The notes beneath the pieces are model-generated. The model saw only the letters and a program-made list of their open reading frames with translations, made no database searches and had not been told where the DNA came from. This document shows positions 27,401 through 39,016 of a stretch of 64,000 bases of DNA, piece after piece. Each line of letters starts with the position of its first letter. Position 1 is the first letter of the stretch. The stretch is from Takakia lepidozioides. Its lineage: Eukaryota > Plantae > Bryophyta. The stretch covers positions 33,108,001 through 33,172,000 of the forward strand of contig CM060732.1 of the NCBI GenBank assembly GCA_030704615.1. The letters are read 5' to 3'. The position numbers were made by a program, and so were the translations under genes.

Positions 27401-29990
27401 GTCGGTGAACTCGTGGCTCCGGCGAGCATCTGCTATCTCCCGAAAAAATAGGTTGGTTTTGTAGAGCAGAAAGTACCTCGTCACATAGTCGCGTAGGCTC
27501 TCTGCTGCAGGAGATATCTCCATCTTGAACTGATGTGCTTGTGTGTCCAGCTGCTCTTGCGCATTCGTCGTCACCTGTGGAGATTGTCCATCAGATCGCT
27601 TTCCTCAAAAAAATACAATGAATCCACCCCCTACTAGAGTAGAAGCCCCAAACGAAGCGTGGGGAAGTACCTGAAACCACCATGTCATGCGGTTCATCCA
27701 CATGTCGAATGTGGGGTCAGAGAGTTTGTCCGGTTTGGGGAAGCTCCACATGTCCCTGGTACATTGGGAACCATTCCAGATTTGGAGCCACCGGGTCTGT
27801 CCAACCACCCAGCATATTCGTAAGTGCCAAACACCACAAAAAGGAGTTGTTGCCACCACAATTTTGTTAAGAATGTATCACCTTTTCTGTTGCATCCACA
27901 CAGGATGTGGCTAGACGATGGAGCTTCTCCAATGTCATCGTGGGCTTCAGAGCGCGAGAGTAGTGCTTCCCCACCTCCACCAGAAAGTCGGCACCAAGGG
28001 CGGGATCAGCTATGGCCACGTACTTTACCATCCGCGACTTGTACTTTATGCGGGCCCTCACCTCCGCAGCTTTGACATACGATTCGAGTTCCGGGAGGGT
28101 TGGATTCTTCTCCTCTGACTCCATGTAGAACCTCCGCGCATGTGCCAAATCTTGCTGTATTTTCGTCTGTCAAGAATGCGCACATAAGATTAGAGATCCT
28201 GCTCAACACAATTTCTTCTATTGGGGGAGGAGAGACAGATTAGCTCAACAAAACTGTCAGGAGCTTTACCCGAAATATGTAGTCCACCATGGCGTCGACG
28301 CTCAGCCTATACCAGGTTCTGTCTGCCTTTGCCTCCGACTTGCGCAGGAGGTCGGCACTGAGGGAATTGGCAAACTCTTGCACCCCCTGCTTCCCGACAT
28401 CCTTCACTCGGAAGAGCATATGGGACAAGTTGGTGGCAATGAAGGCATTCTCAGTCACCCTGCAGTGCCACATTTCCATCAAAAAATACTGAAATGGGAA
28501 TTTTCATCATATATGAGGATTCGCAATGAAATGACTTCCAAATTCAAAGTCCAAAAGCGAGAGGGGTTGTAGCTTACGAGTTGATGTCGGCCATTGCAGC
28601 TTTGAGAAGACTGCGATCTTTGGGCCCCGCAACCTTCAGCACAACACAATCCACGGCGAAATGCCAATCGAGGTCGTTGGGGTGGGCTTGGGCAATGTGC
28701 TCCATCCATGCCAGGAGGCGATGATTGCCGTCCCACACGTAGAACATCTTACCGGACAAGTGCTGGAAAAGAGGATCACTAGCAATCGATCTCTCGAACT
28801 CCTCATTTCGCGTTTGCCAATGGGGACCCCATTTGTCCACCTCATCGGAAGTGTGGGCACGGGAAGCTCCGTGGTCGTTCTCAATGGAAACGTAAAAGGC
28901 GGCAGACCCCATTCGATATCCATCCCGGAAAGAGAATTTCAGCTTGTCGATATCGCCTGGGAGGGCAGGTCTCACCACCTGCAATGACATCAAGCGGCAA
29001 AGGGGAATTCAAAGCTTGGCCGGGTACACCATGCCCCCCAGCACCCTGCCAATGTTGCTGTGGGTTGCCTCCAACATCTTGGCAGCGGCCAACTTCATAT
29101 CCGCCTCAGACATGACGTCTGCTGCAGAGGGGTTTTCCGGCAGCCCACCAGGACCGCCAAATCCAGCCTGTATGCTCTGGGTTTGGGGCCTGGGGATGTC
29201 CGGGAGGATGTCATCCTGGTCAGAAAGCTCCCTGTCGTCCTCCTCAACAGGGTCAGCCACCTGCGAAACCACCTCCAGCACTCTCCCCGTCTCTACTGCC
29301 CTCTCCCTGGCTTCACCTGGAACTTGCACAATCCGTGCTCTTTCAGGTGTTCTTTCCTCTCCTCCACTCTCCACCGTATGGGTAATTGCGGGGGCTGCTC
29401 TTGCCCGCGATGGTCTAACCGGTGTGTTACTGCCTCTCTGTGGTGTCTTGGAGGGATCCACCGTCTCTGTGCGTCCCTCGCTTACATTGGCATCTGTCAT
29501 TTGGGCACCCCTGGCCTCTTCAGCTGCCTTTTCTCTTTCCTCTTGGCTAGCATTCTGTCTCGTCTGCTCTTTTGCCCTCTCTTTTGCCCTCTCACGGGCT
29601 TTCTGTTTTACTAGGGCTAGCAGCAGGGGAGCCCTCTAGGACGACCACCTTTGATTGAGGCGAACTGACACCCTCGCGCGCACTGCTCACTCCCCCCTCC
29701 GCAGCCCGTGACTGCTCTCTCGCCGGGGATTGCATGTGCTTAGCTTTCTTCTTTTTCTTTGCGTGGGCGGGCCCTACTGCATGTGCATGAACAACCTCCA
29801 TTGCCGGATCTGCTGTCCTCACGCCCTTCACCTGCCATGCCGCCTGCACCAACCTCCCCAATGCCTACTCTGTCGTACTGTCGTTGCAAGTCCTCCCGTC
29901 CACCAACAAAAGGCTTAAGTTTGCCCTCTCGCCCCAAGTTGGGCGATTCAAACATGCGATGAGTTGGAGCTGTCGATGATACCACCAGCG
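24492..29990 (-). pseudogene. Element B accessory gene: multi-exon ParB/Srx-like + beta-class DNA methyltransferase-like fusion (near-intact; TGA at 29009-29011)
   Basis: VVRPALPGDIDKLKFSFRDGYRMGSAAFYVS..MFYVWDGNHRLLAW (28574-29000); CDIILLDIPDG (~25960-25995); GKPWRYSRTRSPAFIQTLMETCSDVQGRILDLTCGTG|ASMWAGTLSDRHVFAFEPD (25220-25470); acidic C-tail. The 5' end is uncertain. Confidence 0.8.
26870..27295. repeat. Intronic ~95-bp tandem repeat carrying GGAAAATGGCGCCGAATTTCC palindromes
   Basis: Palindrome centres at 26925, 27019, 27114, 27209 and 27281 (last copy inverted). Confidence 0.9.
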
Positions 29991-30789
29991 TGTCGGGCTC
30001 GTCGTCACTCTGTCATTGACAAAAATCGTGAAAACCAACATCGGTGCAAAAAGCAGCATCGCAATGAGCAGCGCAACCACCATAGCAACAATCGTGTAGC
30101 AAAAATGAAAACATAACAAGTTTAGGAAGTATGGAGAGCCATGCAACAACAATGAAAACAAATGCAACCATTGCCTGAGAATGACATGCACAAGCAGCCT
30201 TCTCCAGAGCTGCCGGATTTGCACACGCATTGCAAACAATCTAAGGTTCACTCAACTATCTAAAGTTCACTCATACAGCGAAGCCAAGATGAAGATGCAA
30301 AAACAAAGCGAGGTAACAAAGCGAAAGCAAAAAATAAATCGAACAAACCGAAAGCAGAAGTGGCTTGCCTGAGAGTACTCGGCTTCAGTTGGCGCAGGTT
30401 GTGAGCAAGACACTGGAATCTCCTGCTGGAGCTTCAGTTTGGCCATGCGAGAGATTGGCCGTCGTCCGTAGTACAGAGCTTTCAACTTCCGCCGCGGTCT
30501 GGATGTGAGGTCTCTCTCAGGAGAGCCACGCCCTTCAGGCGGCATAAGTCCCAGCCAAAAAGATCTCCTTTTTTGGGGTACATGCCTCGAATAGCATGTT
30601 AAGCCAAGATTAGCATGAGATTTAGGGTACGTGTCCAAGAAGTCATGCATCGCCAGCCCGAATGATAACCGACGGCGGTCGACATTTATTGCCCAACTGC
30701 GCAATTAAATGTCGGATGAAGCCCTCCATGTCGGATGAAAATCGACGTAAACAGTCCCGGAATTTCCAACGTAGAGGTAATTCGGAGCG

Positions 30790-32600
30790 TTGCACGATGG
30801 AATTCCGGCGCCGGATTTCCATCCTGCAGGTAATTCGGAGCGCAGCAGGATGAAAATTCAGCGCCGAATTTCCATCCAGCAAGGTAGGCGGCGCTGGAAA
30901 TTTCCCTCACGCAGGTAATTCTGAACCGCGCGGATGGAAATCCGGCGCCGAATTTCCATCCGCGCAGGTCGGGCGGCGCGCCAAATTTCCCTCACGCAGG
31001 TAATTCGGAAGCGCGCGGATGGAAATCCGGCGCCGAATTTCCATCCGACATGTAATTCGAATACCGGATGAATGGAAATTCGGCGCCGAATTTCCATCCA
31101 GCAGGTAAGTGGAATCCCGTATGGAACGAAATTTGGCGCCGAATTTCCATCCAGCAGGTAAGTCGGATCGCTGGCGTATGGATATTCGGCGCCGAATTTC
31201 CATTCGCCATGTATTTCATCGCTCAAAATTACCTTCCTGCAGGTAATTACCATATGAGAATTACCTTCCTACCGGCATCGATAGGAATTACCTGCAGGAA
31301 GGTAATTCTCATCTGGGAATTACCTGCAGGAAGGTAAGTCTCATCTGGGAATTACCTGCAGGAAGGTAATTCTGAGCGATGAAATACATGGCGAATGGAA
31401 ATTCGGCGTCGAATATCCATACGCCAGCGATCCGACTTACCTGTTGGATGGAAATTCGGCGCCGAATTTCCATCCAGCAGGGATTCGAATTACCTGCAGG
31501 ATGGAAGTTCGGCGCCAAATTTCCATTTATCCGGGATTCGAATTACCTGCTGGATGGAATTTCGGCGCCGAATTTCCATCCATCCGGGATTCCACTTACC
31601 TGCTGGATGGAAATTCGGCGCCGAATTTCCATTCATCCAGGATTCGAGTTACCTGCAGGATGGAAATTCGGCGCCGAATTTGGTTCCATCCGGGATTCCA
31701 CTTACCTGTTGGATGGAAATTCGGCGCCGAATTTGGTTCCATCCGGGATTCCACTTACCTGCTGGATGGAAATTCGGCGCCGAATTTCCATTCATCCGGG
31801 ATTCCACTTACCTGCAGGATGGAAATTCGGCGCCGAATTTGGATCCATCCGGGATTCCACTTACCTGCCGGATGGAAATTCGGCGCCGAATTTCCATCCA
31901 TCCGGGATTCCACTTACCTGTAGGATGGAAATTCGGCGCCGAATTTCCATCCGGGGGATGGTCTCTGTCGGAGAGGTGCCGCCTCTCCGCCGCTCTGTTG
32001 GATATTCGGTGCCGAATTTCTATCCGGGGGTTGAAATATGACGGCCAGGTGCCGACCTCTCCCCCCTCCCCGACTGCATTGGAACGGCCCCGGATTGAAA
32101 TTCGGCGCCGTTTTCCCATCTGGGGAGGTTTTTATGTCGGCCAGTTTTCGGTCTGACCCCCCGACAAGACTTCCTTTGGGGGGGCCCGGATGGAAATTCG
32201 GCGCCGAATCTCCATCCAGGGGATGCTCTCTGTTGAACACGTGCCGACCTCTACGCCCGAGGCGACTTCATCCGGGCGTCCCCTGTTCGATATTCGGTGC
32301 CGAATTTCCGTCCGGGGGTTGAAATGTGACGGCCAAGTGCCGGCCACTCCCCCCTCCCCGACTGCATCCGAACCGCCCCGGATGGAAATTCGGCGCCGTT
32401 TTTCCATCTGGGGATGTTTTTATGTCGTCCAGTTTTCGGCCTGACCCCCCGACACGACTCCCTTTGGGGGGCCCGGATGGAAATTCGGTGCCGAATCTCC
32501 ATCCAGGGGATGTTCTCTGTCGCACACGCGCCGGCCTCTGCGCCCGAGGCGACTTCATCCGGGCTTCCTCTGTTGGATATTGGGTGCCGAATTTCCATTC
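30790..32600. repeat. Central array of ~25 copies of the 22-bp palindrome GGAAATTCGGCGCCGAATTTCC between the divergent genes of element B
   Basis: Centres at 30809, 30862, 30946, 31031, 31084, 31137, 31190, then every 53 bp from 31407 to 31937, then 32010 and every 95-96 bp to 32585. Unit orientation flips around ~31300. Confidence 0.95.
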
Positions 32601-32901
32601 GGGGGTAGTAATGTGACGGCACGGTGCCGGCTTCTCCCCTTCAGCCGTCATCATCCGGACGGCCCCCCACTTTCTGACTGCATACCGTTGGCAGTTATTG
32701 CGCAAAGACCAGGGGCCGCATTCCGGAGACAAGGTTCATTAACACTCTGACTATGGATTTTTGAGATAGTTGGCTCCCTGGATTTGGATCAGGCTTCGTC
32801 GCTCGGACAAATCGGCATCGCATTCATTCCCATCGCTACACCCCCTTCTACCATGGAGCTTCCCAGCACGCCATCCTGGCAGTCTTGTGTGCACATCTCC
32901 C

Positions 32902-35900
32902 ATGGCGGAAAACCCGAGCGCTACAGTGTACTGCCCTCCTCACGAGCATAGAGCTTCATTTCCGTGCAGAGGGGACACCTGCCGGGTGATGGAGAAATAT
33001 CTGTGCGTTCGATACCACCTGAAACCGGGGTCGGTTTTTTTGGAGGAGGAAAGGAAGGACTCTAACGGCCTTGTTGTCGAGAGTATTGTTGGGCTCCACG
33101 ATGATTTCGGCGATGGCAGGGAATGGCGAGTTCCACCATCGGACAACGTCATATACAGGGCTGTTGGGGACTTCATTTGCCCGCCAAATGCACCTTCTAT
33201 CCTGGCGCCTTCCACGAAACAATCCGCGAATCAGAGAGTGGCTACCTCAAAGAGAGAAGTCCGCAACGAAGTAAATCCAGAGCCGAACCCATCCATGAAG
33301 ACGAGCCAGAACCGGGTTGTTCACAACCTGTCCGACTCAGACGAGGTCATGGAAGTTCCGAGGTCGTCCTGGAGATCCAGGCAAGTCCTCAATGGACGTC
33401 AGTGGAGGAGGGAGTCATATTCCCAGCACGAGCACCGCAGTTCGATCTATTCTTGAACTTCTGTGAGGGCTTCACCTGGAAGGACACCGGTCGGAGCTGG
33501 CCGGGCTGGACTACAGCAAGTTCGCAATTAAATCGGTTACATGCCTTCCCGCCGACGTCGACGGTAATATCTTATTTGAGTTCCCTCCTCGGGCGGACTA
33601 CTCGAGGGCGTCCGGAATGTTGACAGATATGGATAGAAAACATGACGGTCATCCTTGGTGCGTTACCAAAACCACCAGCATGAAGATGCTCGATGGTGTG
33701 CGGGTGCGCTACGTTGTTTGTGCGGGCGCGTTGCGGTGTTTCTCCCCAACTTGCTTCCACTTTAAATCCAGAGGTCACAGGAACGAGACCGATTGGACAG
33801 GCACAGCTCACCAACCATTTCGAGCTCAGGAGAAGGTTCCGAACTCCACATTTAAGTGTGCGCATTGCAAAGAACCACCACACTGCATGTCTGTTTGTAA
33901 TGCCAAGCAGTTCTATGTGTTGCACCGTTTCCCTGACCTCACCCGAGCTTGCATACACGTTGGTTCCCATTGTCACAAATTGGCGAGGGGGAACTCGCGG
34001 GAGGCTGCCCACGAAGCAGAGCAGCTCGTTCAGGAGGAGGTTAAGTTGAGACCGGGTGCCAAACCCAAACAGATACAGCTCCAAGCCGCCCATAAGATGG
34101 CATTGGCCAGAATTATGTCGGAAGACGGCTCCGATAGAGTTCCTCTCGACGAGAAGGAAATGGAGGCATTGCTGGAGTCGGTGTCCCATGTATGTTCACC
34201 GAATGTCCGAAACCACATTGTCTCATGCAAACAGAAAATTGGGCGTGGCTCGGATATGCACTCCATTCTGGAGATGAAGCGACGATGTGGATATGACTAT
34301 ATTCATGGAAGTAGGTTTCCAGGACAAGGGACTAAGGCAGATCGTTGTTTCGTATTCAAAATGTCCACGTGTGGACCTGGCAGCGGCGTCGAACTGGTCG
34401 ACAGGATGACGAGTGGGAACTTGTCAAACAGTTGGGTCATGTTCGACCATATCAAGCGAATTACAAATCACCAGTGGGTGACAATGGGTGCACATGTCTA
34501 CGACACCCACTGCAGGATGCTAATGACAATTGCTATTTGTGAGATGAAAGGAGAGGACACACAATCGGAGATGCTTCTTTGGCAGGGAATAAACGAACAG
34601 ATGGCCAAGGCGGGATTGCCCCCTCCCAATTTCCGTGGTTTCATGGCGGACAACGCACAAGCAAATTGGGCTGCCATCCGAAGGGTGTACGGGCAAGACC
34701 CCAATATTCCCATGGAAGGCAAGGAGAGATCTTGTGGGTTCCATTTTCTGCAGAGCCTTTCGCAGTACACAACCAGGCTCGTGGCGCCAGATTTCAGAGA
34801 GGAGCACCGTTCCATGTGCCTTGCGTGGAAGCGCGCTCCCACCTTGGATGATGCAGAGACACAGTTTGCATGCATACGGGCTTGGTGGACATCGTCAGGT
34901 GCTGTAAGGAAATCAGACGAGGGAACAATGGTCAGTTGGCTAGCATGGTGGCATTATCGTTTCCTCCAGTTCGGTGACTATATGCAGGAGGTGAGTTGCA
35001 CGAATTCGCGTCCCGTTGAATATTATTCTTGGCCATATTTGTAACTTGCTTGTAACCTGAACATGTGCTTGTGCAGGAAATGTGTCTCGACTCCGACACC
35101 GACATGCCCACGACAAACATGGCCGAATCAGTGCACTCTTCCTGGCGTGCCTCCTCTGCGGCGCATCTGGTGGACATCCTCACTGCCACAACGGAGGACA
35201 TTGTGAGGTCAATTATGCAGCAATGCAGGTACAACGAGTTCTTGAAAGGGAAACAGTGGGGCTTGGGGCCGGACAGGCAGGAAATGCTGATGCGGACTGC
35301 CTCCAAATCGAAGAATCCTCGGAAGTGGGCGGCGGCCTTGCGAGAGGGCCTTCGGGACACGCCATTGCTGCGAAGAGGCCAACATTTGGAAGGAGATGTT
35401 CATACCCGTCCAGTGAGACGAAGACTTGATGAGGCACCTGGCGGAGAAGAGGATTCATGGCGAGCTGACAAGAATATTCGCACGCTCCCTCGTGGTCCGG
35501 TGATGTTGCCCGAGGAGGTCTCGTCGAGCACCGCAAGTCCTGCACGTTCAAGATCGCCATCTCCTTTGAGCACAGGGCGCGTGCCCCGGCAACATAACGA
35601 GCCATCTGTAGTAAAGCAGTACAACATTCCCATTGTGGAGACAAGAGTGTCGGAGTCACAGTGGAGAATTGCGAGGACATTGCCGGCATTTCGAGGGAAG
35701 TGCTGCGCCATCCGGGTGGATACGAGAGCACGATGTGGTGAGATGATTCGGAGGAACCCACACGGTGCTGTACCTGCACCTTGTTTCAGCGGCAGATTTT
35801 TGACTCCCACATTTGCTCACGCCACAACGCAGACATTTTGGTTCTGTAGGCACGACATATTGACCTGTGTATTTGGCAAGCCCAAGTACGGGATTCAGGG

Positions 35901-36495
35901 AATGCCGGAGCCTCCGGGCGTCTGGCCTGTTGCACCGGGTTGCAGCCTCTCTTAGAATGAGGCGGATGCTCTATCTGCAGCAGGATTTCGAATGGTGCAA
36001 CGCACAGACAGCCCGGCCCACGCATTTCCGGTTCCTCAGACCCAGCCATTGCAGACTGCTCGGTCCAGTAGAGACGGATTGGACAATTCTGCACATCCCA
36101 CAATGCGATTCGGAAGAGTGAAGAGACGACACCCTCCCAACAAGTTGAATGAGACTCGGATTGCCAATGCTCTTGGGATGGCTTGCACTATTCAGAGCTC
36201 CGTGGACGTACCCCTACCCGGCCTGGGGCGTGTGTATCGGATGGCAACGGCCGGCTTGGCTGTACGCGACGATGTATACACAATTACGATTGGAGTGGAG
36301 CCGACTTGCAATTGTACGGACTTCTCGTTGATGGAAGCAAAGAAGGGTTCGAAGTATTATCCGTGCAAGCATCTGTATTACATCTACCTGAAGAGGTTGA
36401 GGATGAACGTGACTATTGATGACTTTATTCATGCACCGGCGTTGAGCGTGAACGAGCTGCACAAACTCCTCCTTAGGGATTCCAGAAATCATTGA
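32902..36495 (+). pseudogene. Element B MULE transposase (GCM-like domain, DDE core, C-terminal SWIM); frame disruption near 33450, TAG at 35953, intron ~34991-35077
   Basis: DGHPWC..CAGALRC..C; WVMFDH (D), GFMADNA (D), CGFHF (CxxH), TTNMAESVH (E); SWIM CNCTDF..CKH. Confidence 0.9.
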
Positions 36496-36639
36496 TGGGA
36501 CAAACGGAATCCTCCATATGGATATTTTCAAATGCATTTTGCTGTATCAGACTTTTTTTTGCAGTGTAATGAAATGCACCCCAAAACTCCTGGAATGAGG
36601 CAATATTCCATTCAAACTGAGATCCAACAGAAGCAGTTG

Positions 36640-37015
36640 TGGGGCCATTTCTGGAAAAATGGCGCCGAATTTCTCTTTTTGGGGCCGAAAACTGGCTAAG
36701 TCCCAACATGCACTGGTACCGTGTCTGGAAAAATGGCGCCGAATTTCTCTTTTTTGGGCCGAAAACTGGCTAAGTCCCGACATGCACTGGTACAGTGTCT
36801 GGAAAAATGGCGCCGAATTTCCCTATTTTGCGCTGAAAACTGGCTAAGTCCGAACATGCACTGGAAAAATGGCGCCGAATTACCTGTCATGAGGGGACCT
36901 ATAGCCGCGGAATTCGGCACCATTTTTCGCCAGAGAGACCTATTACCGCGAAATACGTCGTCGTTTTTTCAGGTTACGGACCCTATTACCGCGAAATTCG
37001 GCGCCATATTTGCAC
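36640..37015. repeat. Subterminal array of GGAAAAATGGCGCCGAATTT palindromes in element B
   Basis: Centres at 36663, 36737, 36811, 36873, 36918 and 37002; shares the TGGCTAAGTCCC motif with the intronic array at 26870. Confidence 0.85.
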
Positions 37016-37265
37016 ATGTCGCTAGGAATTGGCATGAGCGGAAGACGAAATATCATGAGCACAACTGTCAAAACTGCAATTTTCCCTTCAAGGGGCTGAA
37101 TAATATATTTGTTTTTCCTGACACATTGCATTAAATTATTGTTTTTTATTGTTTTTTTTATTGTTTTTTATATTCGAAATTTGTGCTTCTGCTCATGAAA
37201 GCCGATTGTGTTACTACTCTGCTCATGCCGCTCATGCCGCTCATGCTCATGAAATAGCAAACCTC

Positions 37266-39016
37266 GCGGATAGTGCTCAAGCAAATTTCAATGCTGTTCG
37301 TATTGTCTTCGGATCGGGCGACCCAAAAGTGCCAATGCGAGGAAGAGAGCGTACATGTATATTCCATTGGACACAATCTCTGGAAAAACATACAAAGTCG
37401 GACATCAAACCAGAGATGCAGACTCAACACCGTAAATTGTGCAAAGAGTACAAAGATGCTAGAACAATGAAGGAGGCGGACACTTTGTTCCAGACAATTC
37501 GTGCTTGGTGGTTCTCTTCTGGAGCTGCATCACTTGAGAGTATGAGAGCATTGGAAGATTGGCTGGTGTTTTGGCACTTCTGGTATAGACAGTGGGGAGC
37601 AGCCATGGCAGTGGTACGAGGCTTATATTTCTTGCTTTATTCATACATTTACTTTCCATTTTATTGTCTCCTCGCTTTCTTTATGTTGTTTTCTGTTCGC
37701 TGTTTTGAAGTGTGGTTCTCCATTTTGCAGAACATGTCCATTGAGGAAATGGCAAACATGCCATCTTGCAATTTGGCAGAAACTGTGCACAACGCATGGT
37801 TGCAGCAGTCTGGGAAACGAGGTCGGGATTTGTATGTGGCAACAACAGATGATTTGATACGTGCCTTGCAACAACAAACCCGATACCGTGATTTATTGCG
37901 AGGTGGGGTTGGTGGCAAGGGTCCGGACAAATGGGAGTTGATGTTGCGTGCTGCAAACAGATCTGGGGATCCAATCAAGATAGCACGGGCAGTGAGCATG
38001 TATGCCCAGGGAACGCCACTTGTTTCTAGAGTTCCACATCTTGAAGGGGAGGTGTTCCCCTGCATGACAGCTCCATGTCCGGAACCTCCATTGTGGAGGA
38101 ACCTCCAACACGACGGCAAGCTCCAGCATCAAACAGTGCCCACTGAAATGGTGTAGGAGAGAAACAACCCCCTTGATGTGCTTGAGTCCGCATGCCCCGA
38201 CCACGTTTGGCACGCACAAGTGTAGGGTCTCGTGTGAAATGTACAGCGATCAGGGCAACTAATTTCGAGAAGTGCACTTCATCTATATCCAGAGGTGGTG
38301 CCTGAACTCCTGCTCCGACTTTCACGGGTTTGATGCGTCCATACGGTCAACCAGAAGCCAAGAACCACAAGTTCTGGTTCTGCGCAGATGATTGTGCCAG
38401 ATGTGTGCATGGAACTGTGCGTCCTTCCGTAGTGATGAAGCCATCACCTACAACCGTTTGGCCCGTGAAGGTGGGAATACATCTCAGATTTCAGGAGATT
38501 GAAATGCTGGAGGAGGCAGGCTTTTCCCTTGCGAAACAACCCCAACTCCATGCATGTGCTACTAATTCTGCGTCCTCCCGGGTCCCCTCGACAAATCCTG
38601 ACTTGTGGCCAACCAAACGAGATGGAAAGCTCGTTCGGCGTTTCCCTCCAACCGCTGAACACTTTGGCAAAGTGGAGTCCGCAAGAATGCTCCAAGCTCG
38701 TGTTGGAAGCACCACGGAAGTACCCGATCCAGGATATGGTCGGGTATTCACAATCATCACTTCCACATCTGCTGTTCATGACAGGACCTACGACATCACG
38801 GTTTCCAATTTCCCCAATTGCACATGTCCTGATTTTGTGAATATGCTATCAACCAGTTTGGGCAAGAGAGGTAAATTCATACCCTGCAAACATTTGTATT
38901 TCATATTTTTGAAGAGGATGGTTTGCGATCCCAAACGTGACAATTTCATTCATCAGGCCACTATGAGTTTCAACGAGGTCGATACTCTATTGCAGCGGGA
39001 TACAATACATGGGTAA
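37266..39016 (+). pseudogene. Element A MULE transposase, 3' part (CxxH, catalytic Glu, SWIM)
   Basis: ADSAQANFNAVR..RERTCIFHWTQSL..SCNLAETVHNAW..CTCPDF..CKHLYFI. Confidence 0.88.

Larger units (their letters stand above)
24271..37265. mobile_element. Mutator-like element B (13.0 kb), nested in the transposase of element A
   Basis: 8-bp TSD GCGGATAG (24263-24270, 37266-37273); TIRs GGGGGCTGCTATTTCATGAGC / GAGGTTTGCTATTTCATGAGC with CATGAGC subterminal repeats; removal restores FMADSAQANFNAVR. Confidence 0.9.

Noticed and set aside
24492-29990. Bacterial/phage contamination as the source of ParB-MTase
   Set aside because: The gene has GT-AG introns at matching positions in the copies and sits within TSD-flanked elements nested in plant sequence.
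30790-32600. CRISPR array (regular palindromic repeats with ~31-bp spacers; also 61480-63870)
   Set aside because: Spacers are copies of one another rather than unique, there are no cas genes, and the context is a eukaryotic TE.
30643-32732. Numerous ORFs with MEIRRRISI / WKFGAEF repeats (and TEMRRRISV at 61.4-63.9 kb)
   Set aside because: These are translations of the palindromic DNA repeat, appearing in all frames on both strands; no evidence of coding.
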